Shown here in pieces: positions 10,356 through 20,537 of a DNA stretch of 64,000 nt. The stretch's first letter is position 1, and every line of letters starts with the position of its first letter. Position numbers and translations under genes: made by a program. Source of the stretch: an uncultured delta proteobacterium (lineage in GTDB: Bacteria > Myxococcota_A > Polyangia > Palsa-1104); contig CAWAWS010000016.1 of the NCBI GenBank assembly GCA_963785725.1, forward strand, positions 32,001-96,000, written 5' to 3'. The notes under the pieces are model-generated. The model was not told the DNA's origin, ran no database searches, and saw only the letters and a list, made by a program, of their open reading frames with translations.

Positions 10356-11183
10356 TTATTCCTGCGTCCGTAAGAACTTGCCCACGTCGTCGCGCACCGC
10401 CTCCGCCGCCGCGCCCAGACAGTCGCGCTTGCCGCTGTCCGCTTCCGACGGCCCCGAGCCGGCCGTCAGTGACGCGCCCTCTTGCGTGATCATCTTGATC
10501 GACTTGTCGGGGAAGGTGGCGACGACGGCCTTGAGCCCGCAGTCGATCTGCTGACCGCCGGCCGCCGGCGTGGCTGCGAGCTGCTGGATGTTGACGTCGA
10601 TCATGAAGCCGGTCAGATGACGCGACGACAGCGCCGCCTTCGACGGCGCACCGCCGGCGACGGTCAACGTCACCGTCGACAGCTTCTGCAGCTCACGTTG
10701 CAGCGCCTCTTTGACCATGCGCGCCGCCTGCGGATCGGCGCGACCCAAGATGTCGATGGCGACGTAAAAACGCGCGCCCGCACGCGGCTCGGGCGTCGTC
10801 GCCGGTCCGCCGCCGCCCGCGCCGGCGATGAGCTCGAGCGCCTTCTTCGCCTGCGTCTTGACGAAGTCGGAGCTGTCGTTCGTCGCCGACTGCATGAGCG
10901 CGTTGGCGGCCGATTTGTCGTTCATGCGCCCGAGCGACGTCGCGGCCACGCCGCGCACCGTCTCGTTCTCGTCGTGCAGCGCCTGAATCAAGGCCGGCAC
11001 GGCGCGCTTGTCGTTGAGCTTGCCGAGCACGAGCGCCGCCTGAACGCGGACTTTGTACGACGGGTCCTGCATGAGCGCGCGGGTCAGATCGTCGACCTTG
11101 TCCGCGTGCGCCGGCGACGACCACGCGAGCGTCAACGCCGACAAGAGCGCCACCAATGCCAGCCGAGATGAGCGGGTCCACAT
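10356..11183 (-). CDS. Exported HEAT-repeat protein
   Basis: Signal peptide ending AHA-D; DPSYKVRVQAALVLG and DENETVRGVAATSLG repeats. Confidence 0.85.
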   Translation of the reverse strand: MWTRSSRLALVALLSALTLAWSSPAHADKVDDLTRALMQDPSYKVRVQAALVLGKLNDKRAVPALIQALHDENETVRGVAATSLGRMNDKSAANALMQSATNDSSDFVKTQAKKALELIAGAGGGGPATTPEPRAGARFYVAIDILGRADPQAARMVKEALQRELQKLSTVTLTVAGGAPSKAALSSRHLTGFMIDVNIQQLAATPAAGGQQIDCGLKAVVATFPDKSIKMITQEGASLTAGSGPSEADSGKRDCLGAAAEAVRDDVGKFLRTQE

Positions 11184-11217
11184 GACGCCGCTTTCGATTT
11201 TACATCAGCTGCGTTAC

Positions 11218-11760
11218 TTATTTCCAGTCGGGATCTTCAGCGTACTTCTGCGCGAGCTCGACATAGTTGCTCGCCGAGGCCTCCAGCCACTGCAATTCCT
11301 CGTCGGTGAGCGGCCGTTTCGGGCGCGCCGGCGAGCCGACCGCCAGGTGGCCGGGCGGAATCTTCGTCCCCGGCGTCACCAGCGCGCCGGCGCCGACGAT
11401 GCAGCGCTCGCCGATGACCGCTTGGTCGAGGATGACGGCGCCCATGCCGATGATGCACGAGTCGCCGACGGTACAGCCGTGCAGCGTGACCGAGTGGCCG
11501 ATGGTGACCTTGTTGCCCACCTGCGTCGCGTGCTGGCCGTGGGTGACGTGGATGACGGCGTTGTCCTGGATCGACGTGTCGGCGCCGATGCGGATGTGGA
11601 AGACGTCGCCGCGCAAGACCGCGCCGAACCACACGCTCGAGCGCGCGCCGATGCTGACGTCGCCGATGACGGTGGCGTTGTCGGCGATGAACGCCGTCGG
11701 ATCGACCGCCGGTCGCTTGCCATCAAAGCCGCGGACGAGGCCGCGATGCAGCTTGCTCAT
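11218..11760 (-). CDS. Gamma carbonic anhydrase family protein (YrdA/CaiE-like)
   Basis: Hexapeptide repeats, VLRGD, IQDNAVIH, IGHSVTLHGC Zn-binding histidines. Confidence 0.93.
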   Translation of the reverse strand: MSKLHRGLVRGFDGKRPAVDPTAFIADNATVIGDVSIGARSSVWFGAVLRGDVFHIRIGADTSIQDNAVIHVTHGQHATQVGNKVTIGHSVTLHGCTVGDSCIIGMGAVILDQAVIGERCIVGAGALVTPGTKIPPGHLAVGSPARPKRPLTDEELQWLEASASNYVELAQKYAEDPDWK

Positions 11761-12122
11761 GCTCTCGTATTAACGCGGAGGATGAGGCGATGGTAGCCGT
11801 AAAATGCAGCGGCGCCGAGGCTACTGCCGACGAGATCGGCGGTCATGTCGCCGACGTCGTTGCCGGAGCGGCCGGGGACGAACGTCTGGTGGTACTCGTC
11901 AGCGACGCCGAACGCGAAGGCGAGCGCGATCGCGAGCCACCAGCGCCGCAGACCGAGCGCGTTCGTCACGAGAAACGCCAGGCCCGCGTACTCGATGGCG
12001 TGCAGCACTTTGTCGTAGCGCATGAACCACCAGCGCGGCAGCTGATGGCCGGTCTTCGACGAGAGGTAAAAGATGAGCGCGGCGTAAGGAAGGACGAGAA
12101 GCCAGCGCTTCACATCTTCCAC
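11757..12122 (-). CDS. VanZ-like membrane protein
   Basis: DKVLHAIEY and DEYHQTFVPGRS..DMTAD motifs. Confidence 0.88.
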   Translation of the reverse strand: MEDVKRWLLVLPYAALIFYLSSKTGHQLPRWWFMRYDKVLHAIEYAGLAFLVTNALGLRRWWLAIALAFAFGVADEYHQTFVPGRSGNDVGDMTADLVGSSLGAAAFYGYHRLILRVNTRA

Positions 12123-12685
12123 TTGCCGAAGTCTTCGTCGGCCAAGTGCTCGAGGATGCCCGGCGAAGGAATGGCGTCGATGAGCGCCTGCGTCAGGCCC
12201 TCGTCGCTGTTGCGGCTGGCGGCGCGCTTGTCGACCTTGCGCGCGCCGTCGATGACCTTGCGCGCGACACAGATGCGCGCGCCGGTGCGCAAGGCCAGCG
12301 CCAGCGCGTCCGACGGCCGCGCGTCGACGCGAATCTCTTTGCCGCCCGGCGCCACGAGGAAGATGGTCGCGTAGAAGACATCATCACGGAAATCGTGCAC
12401 TTCGATGCGATCGACGGTGGCGCCGATCTCGCCGATGATGTTCTTCATGAGGTCGTGCGCCATCGGCCGCTCGAGCGCGATCGACTCGAGCTGCGCCGCG
12501 ATCGCGCTCGCTTCGCCGATGCCGATCCAGATCGGCAGCGCCTCGGTGCCGCTGGCGACGTCCTTCAAAATGACGATGGGGATGTTGCTGAGTGGATCGA
12601 TCGTGAGCTGACTGACCTTCATGTCGAGCATGCTGCGTCGTCGACGGGCGGCGCCGTTGCTGCCGTTGCCGGGCAGCGGGCTCAC
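12110..12685 (-). CDS. Bifunctional nuclease family protein (DUF151)
   Basis: LPIWIGIGEA, RPMAHDL, DARPSDALALALR. Start could be the internal MLDM. Confidence 0.92.
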   Translation of the reverse strand: MSPLPGNGSNGAARRRRSMLDMKVSQLTIDPLSNIPIVILKDVASGTEALPIWIGIGEASAIAAQLESIALERPMAHDLMKNIIGEIGATVDRIEVHDFRDDVFYATIFLVAPGGKEIRVDARPSDALALALRTGARICVARKVIDGARKVDKRAASRNSDEGLTQALIDAIPSPGILEHLADEDFGKWKM

Positions 12686-12713
12686 GCGCGCACCGCCGAC
12701 ACGCTGGCCGCGC

Positions 12714-14120
12714 TCACGCTTGCACCAGCGGCAGCCGATGCGCCGACTGCGCGTGCTCGCCGATGAGCGTATGCGTGCGCATGCCGGTGATCGTCACCGG
12801 CACGAGCCGGCCGACGAGCGACGGCGGCCCGGCAAAGTTGACCATCTCGTTGCCGGTCGTGCGTCCGCACAGCTGCCCCGGATGTCGCGCCGAATCGCCC
12901 TCAACCAACACGTCAGCTCGCCTCCCCACCCAGCGCGCGAGCCGACGCGCCGAGATTTCCTTTTGCAGCGACTGCACCTGCTGCAGCCGCTCCGCTTTGA
13001 CCGCCGCCGGCACATTGTCGCGCAACGCCAACTTCAGCGCCGGCGTGTCCGGTCGCTCCGAATACTCGAACGAGTAGATGCTGTCGTATTGAACCGTCTC
13101 CAAAAGCGAGATCGTTTCCGCGAAATCAGAATCGGTTTCCCCCGGATATCCGACGATGATGTCCGTCGAGAGCGAGATATCGGGGCACACCGAGCGCACG
13201 TATTCGATCTGCTGCAAATACTGCTCGCGGGTATAGTCGCGCACCATCCGCTTGAGCGTCCGCGAGCTGCCCGCCTGCACCGGCAAGTGCAGGAAATGCG
13301 CGAGCCGCGGCAGATCGCGGAAGGCATCGGCCACGCGCGTCGTGAAGTCGTGCGGATGCGACGTCGTGTAGCGCACCCGCAAAAGGCCCGGAACCGCGTC
13401 GACGCGCGCCAACAGCTCGGCGAAATCGTCTCGATCGTCGCCGGCCCCGCGCGGATTGTCGGCGCCGACGCCGTGATACGAGTTCACGTTCTGCCCGATG
13501 AGCGTCACTTCGCGCGCACCGGCGGCGACGAAGCGCGCCACCTCGTCGACGACCTCGCGCCACGGCCGCGACACTTCGCGCCCACGCGTGGCCGGCACGA
13601 CGCAGAAGGCGCAGTGGTTGTCGCAGCCCTTCTGAATCGTCACCAGCGCCGTCACCGGCGTCGCCGAAGCTTTCGGCTCGGCGTGAAGAAAACGATAGTC
13701 CTCGACGTCGATGACGGAGGTGGCCGCGAAACGCCGACCGAGCTCTTTGCGCCGCCCGATGAGCTCCGGCAGCGCCGCGATCTGGTCGGGCCCGAAGGTG
13801 AAATCGGCGACCGGAATGCGCTTCAAGAGCTTGTCGCCCTCTTGCTGCGCCACGCAGCCGCCGATGGCCACGACCATGTCGGGCTTGAGCTGCTTCAGCT
13901 CTTTGTAACGACCGGCCGCGCTCGCGACTTTCGCCTCCGCCTTCTCGCGCACCGAGCAGGTGTTGATGACGATGAGATCGGCCTCATCGGCGCTGGCGGC
14001 CGCGTCGTAGCCCGAATGCGCCAAAACTTCACGCATGCGGTCGACGTCGTAGTCGTTCATTTGGCAGCCGTAGTTCTGGACGAACAGGCGGCGCCGCGGT
14101 GCTGGAGGCTCGGGATCCAT
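12714..14120 (-). CDS. miaB: tRNA-2-methylthio-N6-dimethylallyladenosine synthase
   Basis: GCQMN, NTCSVREKAE, radical SAM CDNHCAFC motif, C-terminal TRAM domain. Confidence 0.96.
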   Translation of the reverse strand: MDPEPPAPRRRLFVQNYGCQMNDYDVDRMREVLAHSGYDAAASADEADLIVINTCSVREKAEAKVASAAGRYKELKQLKPDMVVAIGGCVAQQEGDKLLKRIPVADFTFGPDQIAALPELIGRRKELGRRFAATSVIDVEDYRFLHAEPKASATPVTALVTIQKGCDNHCAFCVVPATRGREVSRPWREVVDEVARFVAAGAREVTLIGQNVNSYHGVGADNPRGAGDDRDDFAELLARVDAVPGLLRVRYTTSHPHDFTTRVADAFRDLPRLAHFLHLPVQAGSSRTLKRMVRDYTREQYLQQIEYVRSVCPDISLSTDIIVGYPGETDSDFAETISLLETVQYDSIYSFEYSERPDTPALKLALRDNVPAAVKAERLQQVQSLQKEISARRLARWVGRRADVLVEGDSARHPGQLCGRTTGNEMVNFAGPPSLVGRLVPVTITGMRTHTLIGEHAQSAHRLPLVQA

Positions 14121-14136
14121 GCGTACTTACGAATTG

Positions 14137-14165
14137 AGGGTAGCCGCGGCTTTCTCGTCGGTCAA
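14137..14165 (-). promoter_or_regulatory. Sigma70-type promoter for miaB
   Basis: TTGACC-17 nt-TACCCT. Confidence 0.5.
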
Positions 14166-14204
14166 GCGAGCCCACGTCGATTTAGTCAGACGCAATGACA
14201 CCCA

Positions 14205-15614
14205 TTACAACACTAGGCTATCTACTATTTTGGCCAGCTGCGCGAGGTTACCCACCGTCTCCACGCGACTGCAGAAGGGCTCGTAGTCGCGCATGGCCGA
14301 GTCGCCGAACGCCCAAGCCGCCGGCGGCTCCGGATTGAGCCACAAGACGCGACGCGCCCGCTCGTGGATGGCGCCGAGCGCCCACGCTTCGGCCGGGTTG
14401 TAGTTGTTGCGCGCGTCGCCGATGACGATGACGGTGGTCTTCGAAGTCACCGCGTCCAAGTAGCGCCGCTCGAACATGGCGAAGGCGCGCCCGAAGTTGG
14501 AGTTGGCGTAGACGTTGACGATGCCGCCCGAATAGGCGAGGTCGACGGCGCGCTGGATCTCGTTCTCCTTGAACAGCTTCGTGCACTCGGCGAGGTCGGA
14601 CACGAAGACGAACGAGCGCACTTTGGCGAACAGCTCCTGCAGCGTGTAGGCGAGCTGCAGCATGAAGCGCGACACGTGCCGCACCGAATCCGAAATGTCG
14701 CACAAGACCACGAGGCGCGGCTTGTCGATGCGCCGGCGTTTGTGCACGAGCTTGAACGGAATGCCGCCGGTGCCGAACGCGCGCCTGAGCGTGCGACCGG
14801 CGTCGAGCCGACCGCGCCGGCCGAGCCGCGGCCGCAGCGACGCCTGCTGCTTGAGGCGCTTGCCGAGCCGCGTGACCTCGTCGCGCAGCCGCATCAGCTC
14901 CTCTTCGTTCATGGCGCCGAACGGCTTGTAGGCGAGGATCTGCTGCTTCATCTGTGCCGCGTAGTCGACGTTGCGGCGCTCGAACTCGTCCGCCACGTGC
15001 CGGCGCAGCGACGAGCGCACGCGCTGCAGCTCGGCCGCGGCCACGCGCGCCATCAGCTCGGCGCGCTCGGACCCGAGCTTGCGATCGAGCCGGCCGAAGA
15101 GCGCGTCCAGCTCCTGCTTGGCGCCCGTCGGATTGAGCTGCTCGAGCAGCTGCTGCGTGAAGAAGCCGATCTGCATCGGGCTCTGCAGCCGCGACAGATC
15201 GAGCCGCACGCCGGCCAGACGCATCAGCGCTTCCACTTGCGTCCGCCGCAGCCCGAGTCCCATGCGCGCCAGCGGCGACAGGCGCGCCGCTTCGTCCGAC
15301 AGCATGGCGATCAAGTGCTCGATCTCGTCGTCGCTGAGCCCCTCTTTGCGCAGCGTCTCGACGAGCGGCGGAGCGTCGCCCGACGTGCGATCCCAGTCGC
15401 CGCGACGCCGGAAATAGAGCGTGAACAGCTCGTCGAACAGCTCGGCGTCGGCTTTGCGTTTGACGAGCGTCGCCTCCAGCGCGCCGCGCAGCGACTCCGG
15501 CTCGTCGACGCCGACCAGCCGCGCGGCGGTCACGCTGTCGAGCACCTCGGCCGTCGACACGCGCAGCCCGTTGGCGCGACAGAGCGTCGTGAACTCGAGC
15601 AGGCGATCGAGCAT
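14205..15614 (-). CDS. CoxE-like VWA domain protein
   Basis: N-terminal GLRVSTAEVLD; MIDAS motif CDISDS; IGDARNN; WLNPE. Confidence 0.9.
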   Translation of the reverse strand: MLDRLLEFTTLCRANGLRVSTAEVLDSVTAARLVGVDEPESLRGALEATLVKRKADAELFDELFTLYFRRRGDWDRTSGDAPPLVETLRKEGLSDDEIEHLIAMLSDEAARLSPLARMGLGLRRTQVEALMRLAGVRLDLSRLQSPMQIGFFTQQLLEQLNPTGAKQELDALFGRLDRKLGSERAELMARVAAAELQRVRSSLRRHVADEFERRNVDYAAQMKQQILAYKPFGAMNEEELMRLRDEVTRLGKRLKQQASLRPRLGRRGRLDAGRTLRRAFGTGGIPFKLVHKRRRIDKPRLVVLCDISDSVRHVSRFMLQLAYTLQELFAKVRSFVFVSDLAECTKLFKENEIQRAVDLAYSGGIVNVYANSNFGRAFAMFERRYLDAVTSKTTVIVIGDARNNYNPAEAWALGAIHERARRVLWLNPEPPAAWAFGDSAMRDYEPFCSRVETVGNLAQLAKIVDSLVL

Positions 15615-15617
15615 GCG

Positions 15618-16382
15618 CTAGTTCGCTTTGAGCGCGCTGGCGACGGCGGCGTCGAGCGCGTCGGTGTCGGCGACCGCCACTTCGCGCACGACGCCCTTCT
15701 TGTCGATGACGACCATCGTCGGCAGCGCGAACACTTGATACGCCGTCGACACTTTCTCGTCGGTGTCGGCGGCCAGCGGATAGCTCACGTGAAAGCGCCC
15801 CGCCGCTGCGCCGACGACGTCCGCCTCTTCGTGTGACACGCCGAGCACGGTCACGCCCTTGTCCTTGAGCCGCTGATGCATGGCCTCGATATGCGGCATC
15901 GCCTCGACGCAGGGCCCGCACCAGGTCGCGAAAAAGTCGATGACCACGACGCGCCCCTTCAACGTCGAGATGCGCGGCAGCTTGGCGCCCGTCTGCACCG
16001 CCGGCAAGAAGTCGGGCGCCGGCCGATTCAAGATCGAGTCGCGCTGCATCTTCTCGCGATCGGGCCGCGCCGCGTACACGAGCTCGATGTTGCGCGTGTG
16101 CCCTTTGTCGTCGACGAGCTTGAGCTTCGCGTGATGCCCGATGCCGCCTTGCAGCACCGTCTGGATGACCTCTTGCGGCGACGACGTCATCAGCCCATCG
16201 ATGGCCACCACCTCGTCACCTGCGTGAATCCCCGCGCGATCGCCCGGCGATTGCGGAATGACCGAATTGACCTTGGCGCCGCCGAACTTACCGTCCGAGC
16301 CGAGCGCGAGGCCGATCCACGGCGACTCGGCGTGCGCCACCGCGCCGAGCAGAGCCACCATGACAAACGCGAGCTTGTTCAT
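15618..16382 (-). CDS. Exported PDZ + TlpA/redoxin (thioredoxin-fold) protein
   Basis: Signal peptide, PDZ (WIGL...SPGDRAGIHAGD), DFFATWCGPC. Confidence 0.9.
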   Translation of the reverse strand: MNKLAFVMVALLGAVAHAESPWIGLALGSDGKFGGAKVNSVIPQSPGDRAGIHAGDEVVAIDGLMTSSPQEVIQTVLQGGIGHHAKLKLVDDKGHTRNIELVYAARPDREKMQRDSILNRPAPDFLPAVQTGAKLPRISTLKGRVVVIDFFATWCGPCVEAMPHIEAMHQRLKDKGVTVLGVSHEEADVVGAAAGRFHVSYPLAADTDEKVSTAYQVFALPTMVVIDKKGVVREVAVADTDALDAAVASALKAN

Positions 16383-16587
16383 TCGTATCCCGATCGTGCG
16401 AACCGAGCGCACCGGTAGTGGATGGTGCCCGCGCCGTGCCCACTCGGCAAGCGAGGCCCCACCTGAACGCCTTGTTAACTACAAATTACGGCTAGTTGCG
16501 CCAAGCGCTAGATGACGAATTGCAAATCCTTCATATCCCGACATGTAGGATATTTGACTTCATTTGGCTACCGATTATGATTTCCAT

Positions 16588-16959
16588 ATGTTGCTGACGA
16601 GGGATTGGATGAACAAGCGCGCGGCACTCCGCTTCGAGAAAGTGTTCCCGGTGATTCTGTCGACTGAACAGTTCGGCGAGTGCAACGCGATGGCGCGCAA
16701 TGTCTCCGCCGGCGGCATCCTGATCGAGATCTCGGAGCCGATGCCGCTCGGCACCAGCGTGCGCGTGCACTTCATGATGCAGGACTCATCGGCGACGATC
16801 ATCGCGCGCGGCGAGGTCAAGAATCACTACTTCTTGAACTTCAATGATGCCGGCGGTCAGCGCTCGCTCACCGGCATGGCGATCAAGTTCAAGGAGTTCG
16901 AGGCCGACTCGCAGGAGATGCTCGGCCTCGGCCTCACCCGCATGCGCGTCCTGCACTAG
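16588..16959 (+). CDS. PilZ domain protein
   Basis: RAALR (RxxxR) and NVSAGG (D/NxSxxG) c-di-GMP motifs. Alternative start at 16609. Confidence 0.85.
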   Translation: MLLTRDWMNKRAALRFEKVFPVILSTEQFGECNAMARNVSAGGILIEISEPMPLGTSVRVHFMMQDSSATIIARGEVKNHYFLNFNDAGGQRSLTGMAIKFKEFEADSQEMLGLGLTRMRVLH

Positions 16960-17046
16960 CCGGCACTCGCCGCGCTCGTCGACAAGGCGACGGCTGTCGC
17001 GCGCCGTCGCCGTTGTTGCACCCATTCTCCGTCGCTGCTACACCCG

Positions 17047-18759
17047 GTGGCGATGCTCGCGCCGCTTCTGTTCCTGTCGCTGGCGGTCGCCACCGAGGCG
17101 CCCGCGCTCAGCGATGCCCAGCTCGATCAGCTGTGCGCCCCGATTCATGCCGGCGACGGGCCGCAGCAGCTGGCGGCGGCGCAAAAAGTAGCCGCGCTCG
17201 GTCCCGACGCGTACGCGGCGCTGGTCAAGCGGCTCGGCACGCCGCCGAAGACGAGCATCGTCCACTTTCGCAAGCTGTTCCTGTCGATGTGGGCCCAAGT
17301 TCCCAACTGGAAGAGCGGCGATCCGATGTGGATTCGCGCGCCCGAGCCGCGCTGGACGCCGCCGCCGCGCGTCAAAGGCGAGCCGCGCGCCAAGCGTCCG
17401 CCGCCGCACGACCCCGAGACGCTCGATTGGCTGACGGCGCTGGCGACGGCCGATCTCGACGCGGCCGCGAAGATCGACGAGGACGCGTTCATTCCGCCGC
17501 CGCCGTTGCCGCCGGGACAAAAGAAGAAGCCGGTCGTGCCCGTCGATCCGACGCTCGTGCCGGCCGCGCCGCCGCCACCGACGACCGCCGAGCTGGCGAC
17601 GGCGCGCGCCGAGGCGATGGAGATCGTGGCCATCATGCGCGCCATCTCCAACACGCGGCGCCTCGATGCCGTCGAGCCGCTGTTCAACCTCGCGTTTCAG
17701 CTCGACGGCGTCTTTCGCGACGAGTGCGGGCGGCAGATTCGCGCGATGGATTCGTTCGCGGTGCCCGAGCTCGTGCGGTTGATGCATCGCGACGACACGA
17801 AGCAGCAGCGCTTCGCCAAGCAGCGTCGTTATGCCAGCTATCAGCTCGATCGTATGGATCGCGCGCGGCCGTCCAAGGCGATCGCGACCGCGCCCGACGA
17901 TCGCGTCAAAGCCGAGATCATTCACGCGTACGGCGAGACGCGCGCGCTCGATGCCGTCGAGTCGGTGTTGAATCAGGTCGACTCGCCGGCGCATCGCGTG
18001 CGTCGCGAGGCGCGCTGGACGTGGCTGCGCTATGTGACCGGCAAAGCGCCGCCGCCGGCGCCGAAGCGCAAGCGCAAACTGCAGGGCGGACACACCGAAT
18101 CCGAAGAGAAGCCCGATTATCTGACCTATCGCGAGATCGCGCTCTTGGCGCTGCAGAAGCAGCTGCAGGCGATCAACGACGCGCCGCCCGATCCGAACGC
18201 GACCGCCAAGCAGCTGACCGACGAGCTGTTCAACTACTACGACGAGAAGCACGCGGCCGAGTGGAACGAGCTCTTCGAAGGCGCGCACGCCAAAGAGACG
18301 CGCGGCGACTTGAAGGGCGCGACCGACGATTACGGCTGGATCCTGGCGCACGATCCTGGTTACACGCGGCGGGCCGAGATGGCGCCGGCGTTCGCGCGCT
18401 ACGCCGACAGCTTGCGCGACCAAGGCGACGTCGGCCGCGCGCTCGGCTATTGGCGGCAGGCGATCGATCTGGCGCCCAATGGCCCCGACGCGCGTTACGC
18501 GGCGGCGCGCGTGGCGTTGTACGACGGGCAGGAAGCGGTCGCGCATGGCCATCCCGACGTGGGCGCGTTCCGGCGCGCGTTGGCGCTCGATCCGTCGTTG
18601 GACGAGGCGCGCCGCGGGCTCGGTCGCGCCGAGGCGCTGCATGCGCGCCGGCGCTGGCTGCAGCTCGGCACAGCCTTCGCCGCGGCGCTGGCGCTCGGCC
18701 TCCTCTTGTGGCTGCTGTGGCGCAAGACGGCGCCGCCGGGCCCGACCGCCGCGACGTAA
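17047..18759 (+). CDS. Exported HEAT/TPR-like protein with C-terminal TM anchor
   Basis: Signal peptide, helical repeats (ALGYWRQAIDLAP, FRRALALDP), C-terminal hydrophobic helix. Confidence 0.8.
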   Translation: MAMLAPLLFLSLAVATEAPALSDAQLDQLCAPIHAGDGPQQLAAAQKVAALGPDAYAALVKRLGTPPKTSIVHFRKLFLSMWAQVPNWKSGDPMWIRAPEPRWTPPPRVKGEPRAKRPPPHDPETLDWLTALATADLDAAAKIDEDAFIPPPPLPPGQKKKPVVPVDPTLVPAAPPPPTTAELATARAEAMEIVAIMRAISNTRRLDAVEPLFNLAFQLDGVFRDECGRQIRAMDSFAVPELVRLMHRDDTKQQRFAKQRRYASYQLDRMDRARPSKAIATAPDDRVKAEIIHAYGETRALDAVESVLNQVDSPAHRVRREARWTWLRYVTGKAPPPAPKRKRKLQGGHTESEEKPDYLTYREIALLALQKQLQAINDAPPDPNATAKQLTDELFNYYDEKHAAEWNELFEGAHAKETRGDLKGATDDYGWILAHDPGYTRRAEMAPAFARYADSLRDQGDVGRALGYWRQAIDLAPNGPDARYAAARVALYDGQEAVAHGHPDVGAFRRALALDPSLDEARRGLGRAEALHARRRWLQLGTAFAAALALGLLLWLLWRKTAPPGPTAAT

Positions 18760-18808
18760 GCACACGTCGCTCGACGGCGCTCGAACGAACCGTTACGACC
18801 GCTAGGCG

Positions 18809-20350
18809 CTACGGGTTGTCGTCGGGAGGCGGCGGAGTCGGCAGGTGCGGCAAGCTCACGGCGCCATGCGACGCCGGCTTCGACGTGTGATGCGACGAAT
18901 GCTTCGGCTCGGGCTTGGCCGACTTGTCGGTCGCGGCGACGGCGGGCGGAGTCGGCGTCGCCGGCGTCAGCGGCGTCGCTTTCGGCGCATCCGCGCCCAC
19001 GGACGGCACGGCAATCTCGGTCGGCTTCGGCGCCTTGGCCGGCTTGGCCGCGACGCCCGATGTCGCCGCAGGCGCAGGCGTTGCCGGTGCGGCCGGCGCG
19101 GCCTTTTGCGCCTCGCTCTCACCGCCGTTGCGCGTGGCGAAGAACCAGAAGCCCAACGCGACCGCGACGACGAGCAGCACGACGACGACCGTCGAGCCAC
19201 CGCCGCGACCGCCGCCGCCGCCGCGCGTGCGCCGCTGATCTTCGTAGCTGCCCAGCGACGGCGACGATAGATCGCCCATCACCAACGGCGGCTCGCCGCC
19301 ACCGCGCTGATCTTTTTGCCCCGGGTCGGTGCCGCGCACTTGCAGCATCGGCACCGTGGGGTCGGTCACTTCGATCGGCAGCGACTCGGCCGCTTCGCGC
19401 GTCTTGTCGCGCAGGCCGGGAAACAGCCCGTCGAGGTAAGCCGCCACGTCGTGCGCCGAGCAGCGAATCCCCGAGCCGAGCAGGAACTCCTCGAGCGCCT
19501 CGTGCATGTCGCGCGCAGTCCGGAAGCGCTCCGACGGCGTCTTCGACATCGCCTGGCGCACGATATCGGTCAGCCCCGCCGGATAGCCATCGACATAGAC
19601 CGACGGCGGCTTCGGAATCGTCTGCAGAATCTTGAGCGACAGATCGGCCGGCCCTTCGCCGTCGAACGGCTTGTGCCCGGTGGTCAATTCGTAGAGCACG
19701 GTGCCGAGCGAGAAGATGTCGCTGCGCGAGTCGAGCGTGTCGCCTTGGACCTGCTCGGGGCTCATGTACGGGATCTTGCCCTTGATGACGCCGACCTCGG
19801 TGCGACCCTTCTTGGCGACGGCTTTGGCGATGCCGAAGTCGAGGATCTTGGCCACGCCGTCGAAGCTGACGATGACGTTGGACGGCGTCACGTCGCGATG
19901 GACGAGGCCGAGCGCCGCGCCGCGCCCGTCGGTGGCGCGATGGGCGTGCTCGAGGCCTTCGGCGACGTTGGAGACGATGCGCACGGCGACCGCCAGCGGC
20001 ATGCGTCCACCGCGCGCCGTCTCGGCCTCTTCGATCTGCTGCAGATCGACGCCGTGGACGTGCTCCATCGCCAAGAAGTAATCGCCCTCGGTGACCGAGC
20101 CGAGATCGTAGATCTGCACGATATTCGGATGCGACAGCCGCGCCGCGATGCGTGCCTCGTCGAGGAACATGCTGACGAACTGCTGATCGGCGGCCAGCGC
20201 CGGCAAAATGCGCTTGATGACGCATTCCTTCTCGAAGCCGGCCGGGCCGCTTTGACGCGCCAGATAGACCTCGGCCATGCCACCGATCGCCAATTGACGC
20301 AGCAGCAGATATTTGCCGAAAGGGCGCGGGTAGCGGTTCGTTTCGTGCAC
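18809..20350 (-). CDS. Membrane Ser/Thr protein kinase
   Basis: GGMAEVY, VIK, HRDVTPSN, DFG, YMSPEQ; TM helix and Pro-rich tail. Confidence 0.95.
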   Translation of the reverse strand: MHETNRYPRPFGKYLLLRQLAIGGMAEVYLARQSGPAGFEKECVIKRILPALAADQQFVSMFLDEARIAARLSHPNIVQIYDLGSVTEGDYFLAMEHVHGVDLQQIEEAETARGGRMPLAVAVRIVSNVAEGLEHAHRATDGRGAALGLVHRDVTPSNVIVSFDGVAKILDFGIAKAVAKKGRTEVGVIKGKIPYMSPEQVQGDTLDSRSDIFSLGTVLYELTTGHKPFDGEGPADLSLKILQTIPKPPSVYVDGYPAGLTDIVRQAMSKTPSERFRTARDMHEALEEFLLGSGIRCSAHDVAAYLDGLFPGLRDKTREAAESLPIEVTDPTVPMLQVRGTDPGQKDQRGGGEPPLVMGDLSSPSLGSYEDQRRTRGGGGGRGGGSTVVVVLLVVAVALGFWFFATRNGGESEAQKAAPAAPATPAPAATSGVAAKPAKAPKPTEIAVPSVGADAPKATPLTPATPTPPAVAATDKSAKPEPKHSSHHTSKPASHGAVSLPHLPTPPPPDDNP

Positions 20351-20537
20351 GGCCCGCAAAGTCTAATCCGGCGGCCGGAGCGTCACAAGGTTTCAACGTG
20401 GGATCTTTTGCGCCGAAGGCCTCGCGAGATCGCGCGTCTGGCCATGTCGGAAGTGGGCTCGCTGACGCTATTTTCACGCCCGTCACGCGATCGTGATCGA
20501 AGTTGCCTCGACCGTCGCTGACAGGCACACTCGAGGT

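Noticed and set aside
11757..12122. VanZ as a glycopeptide resistance locus
   Set aside because: Generic VanZ-like family member with no van cluster.
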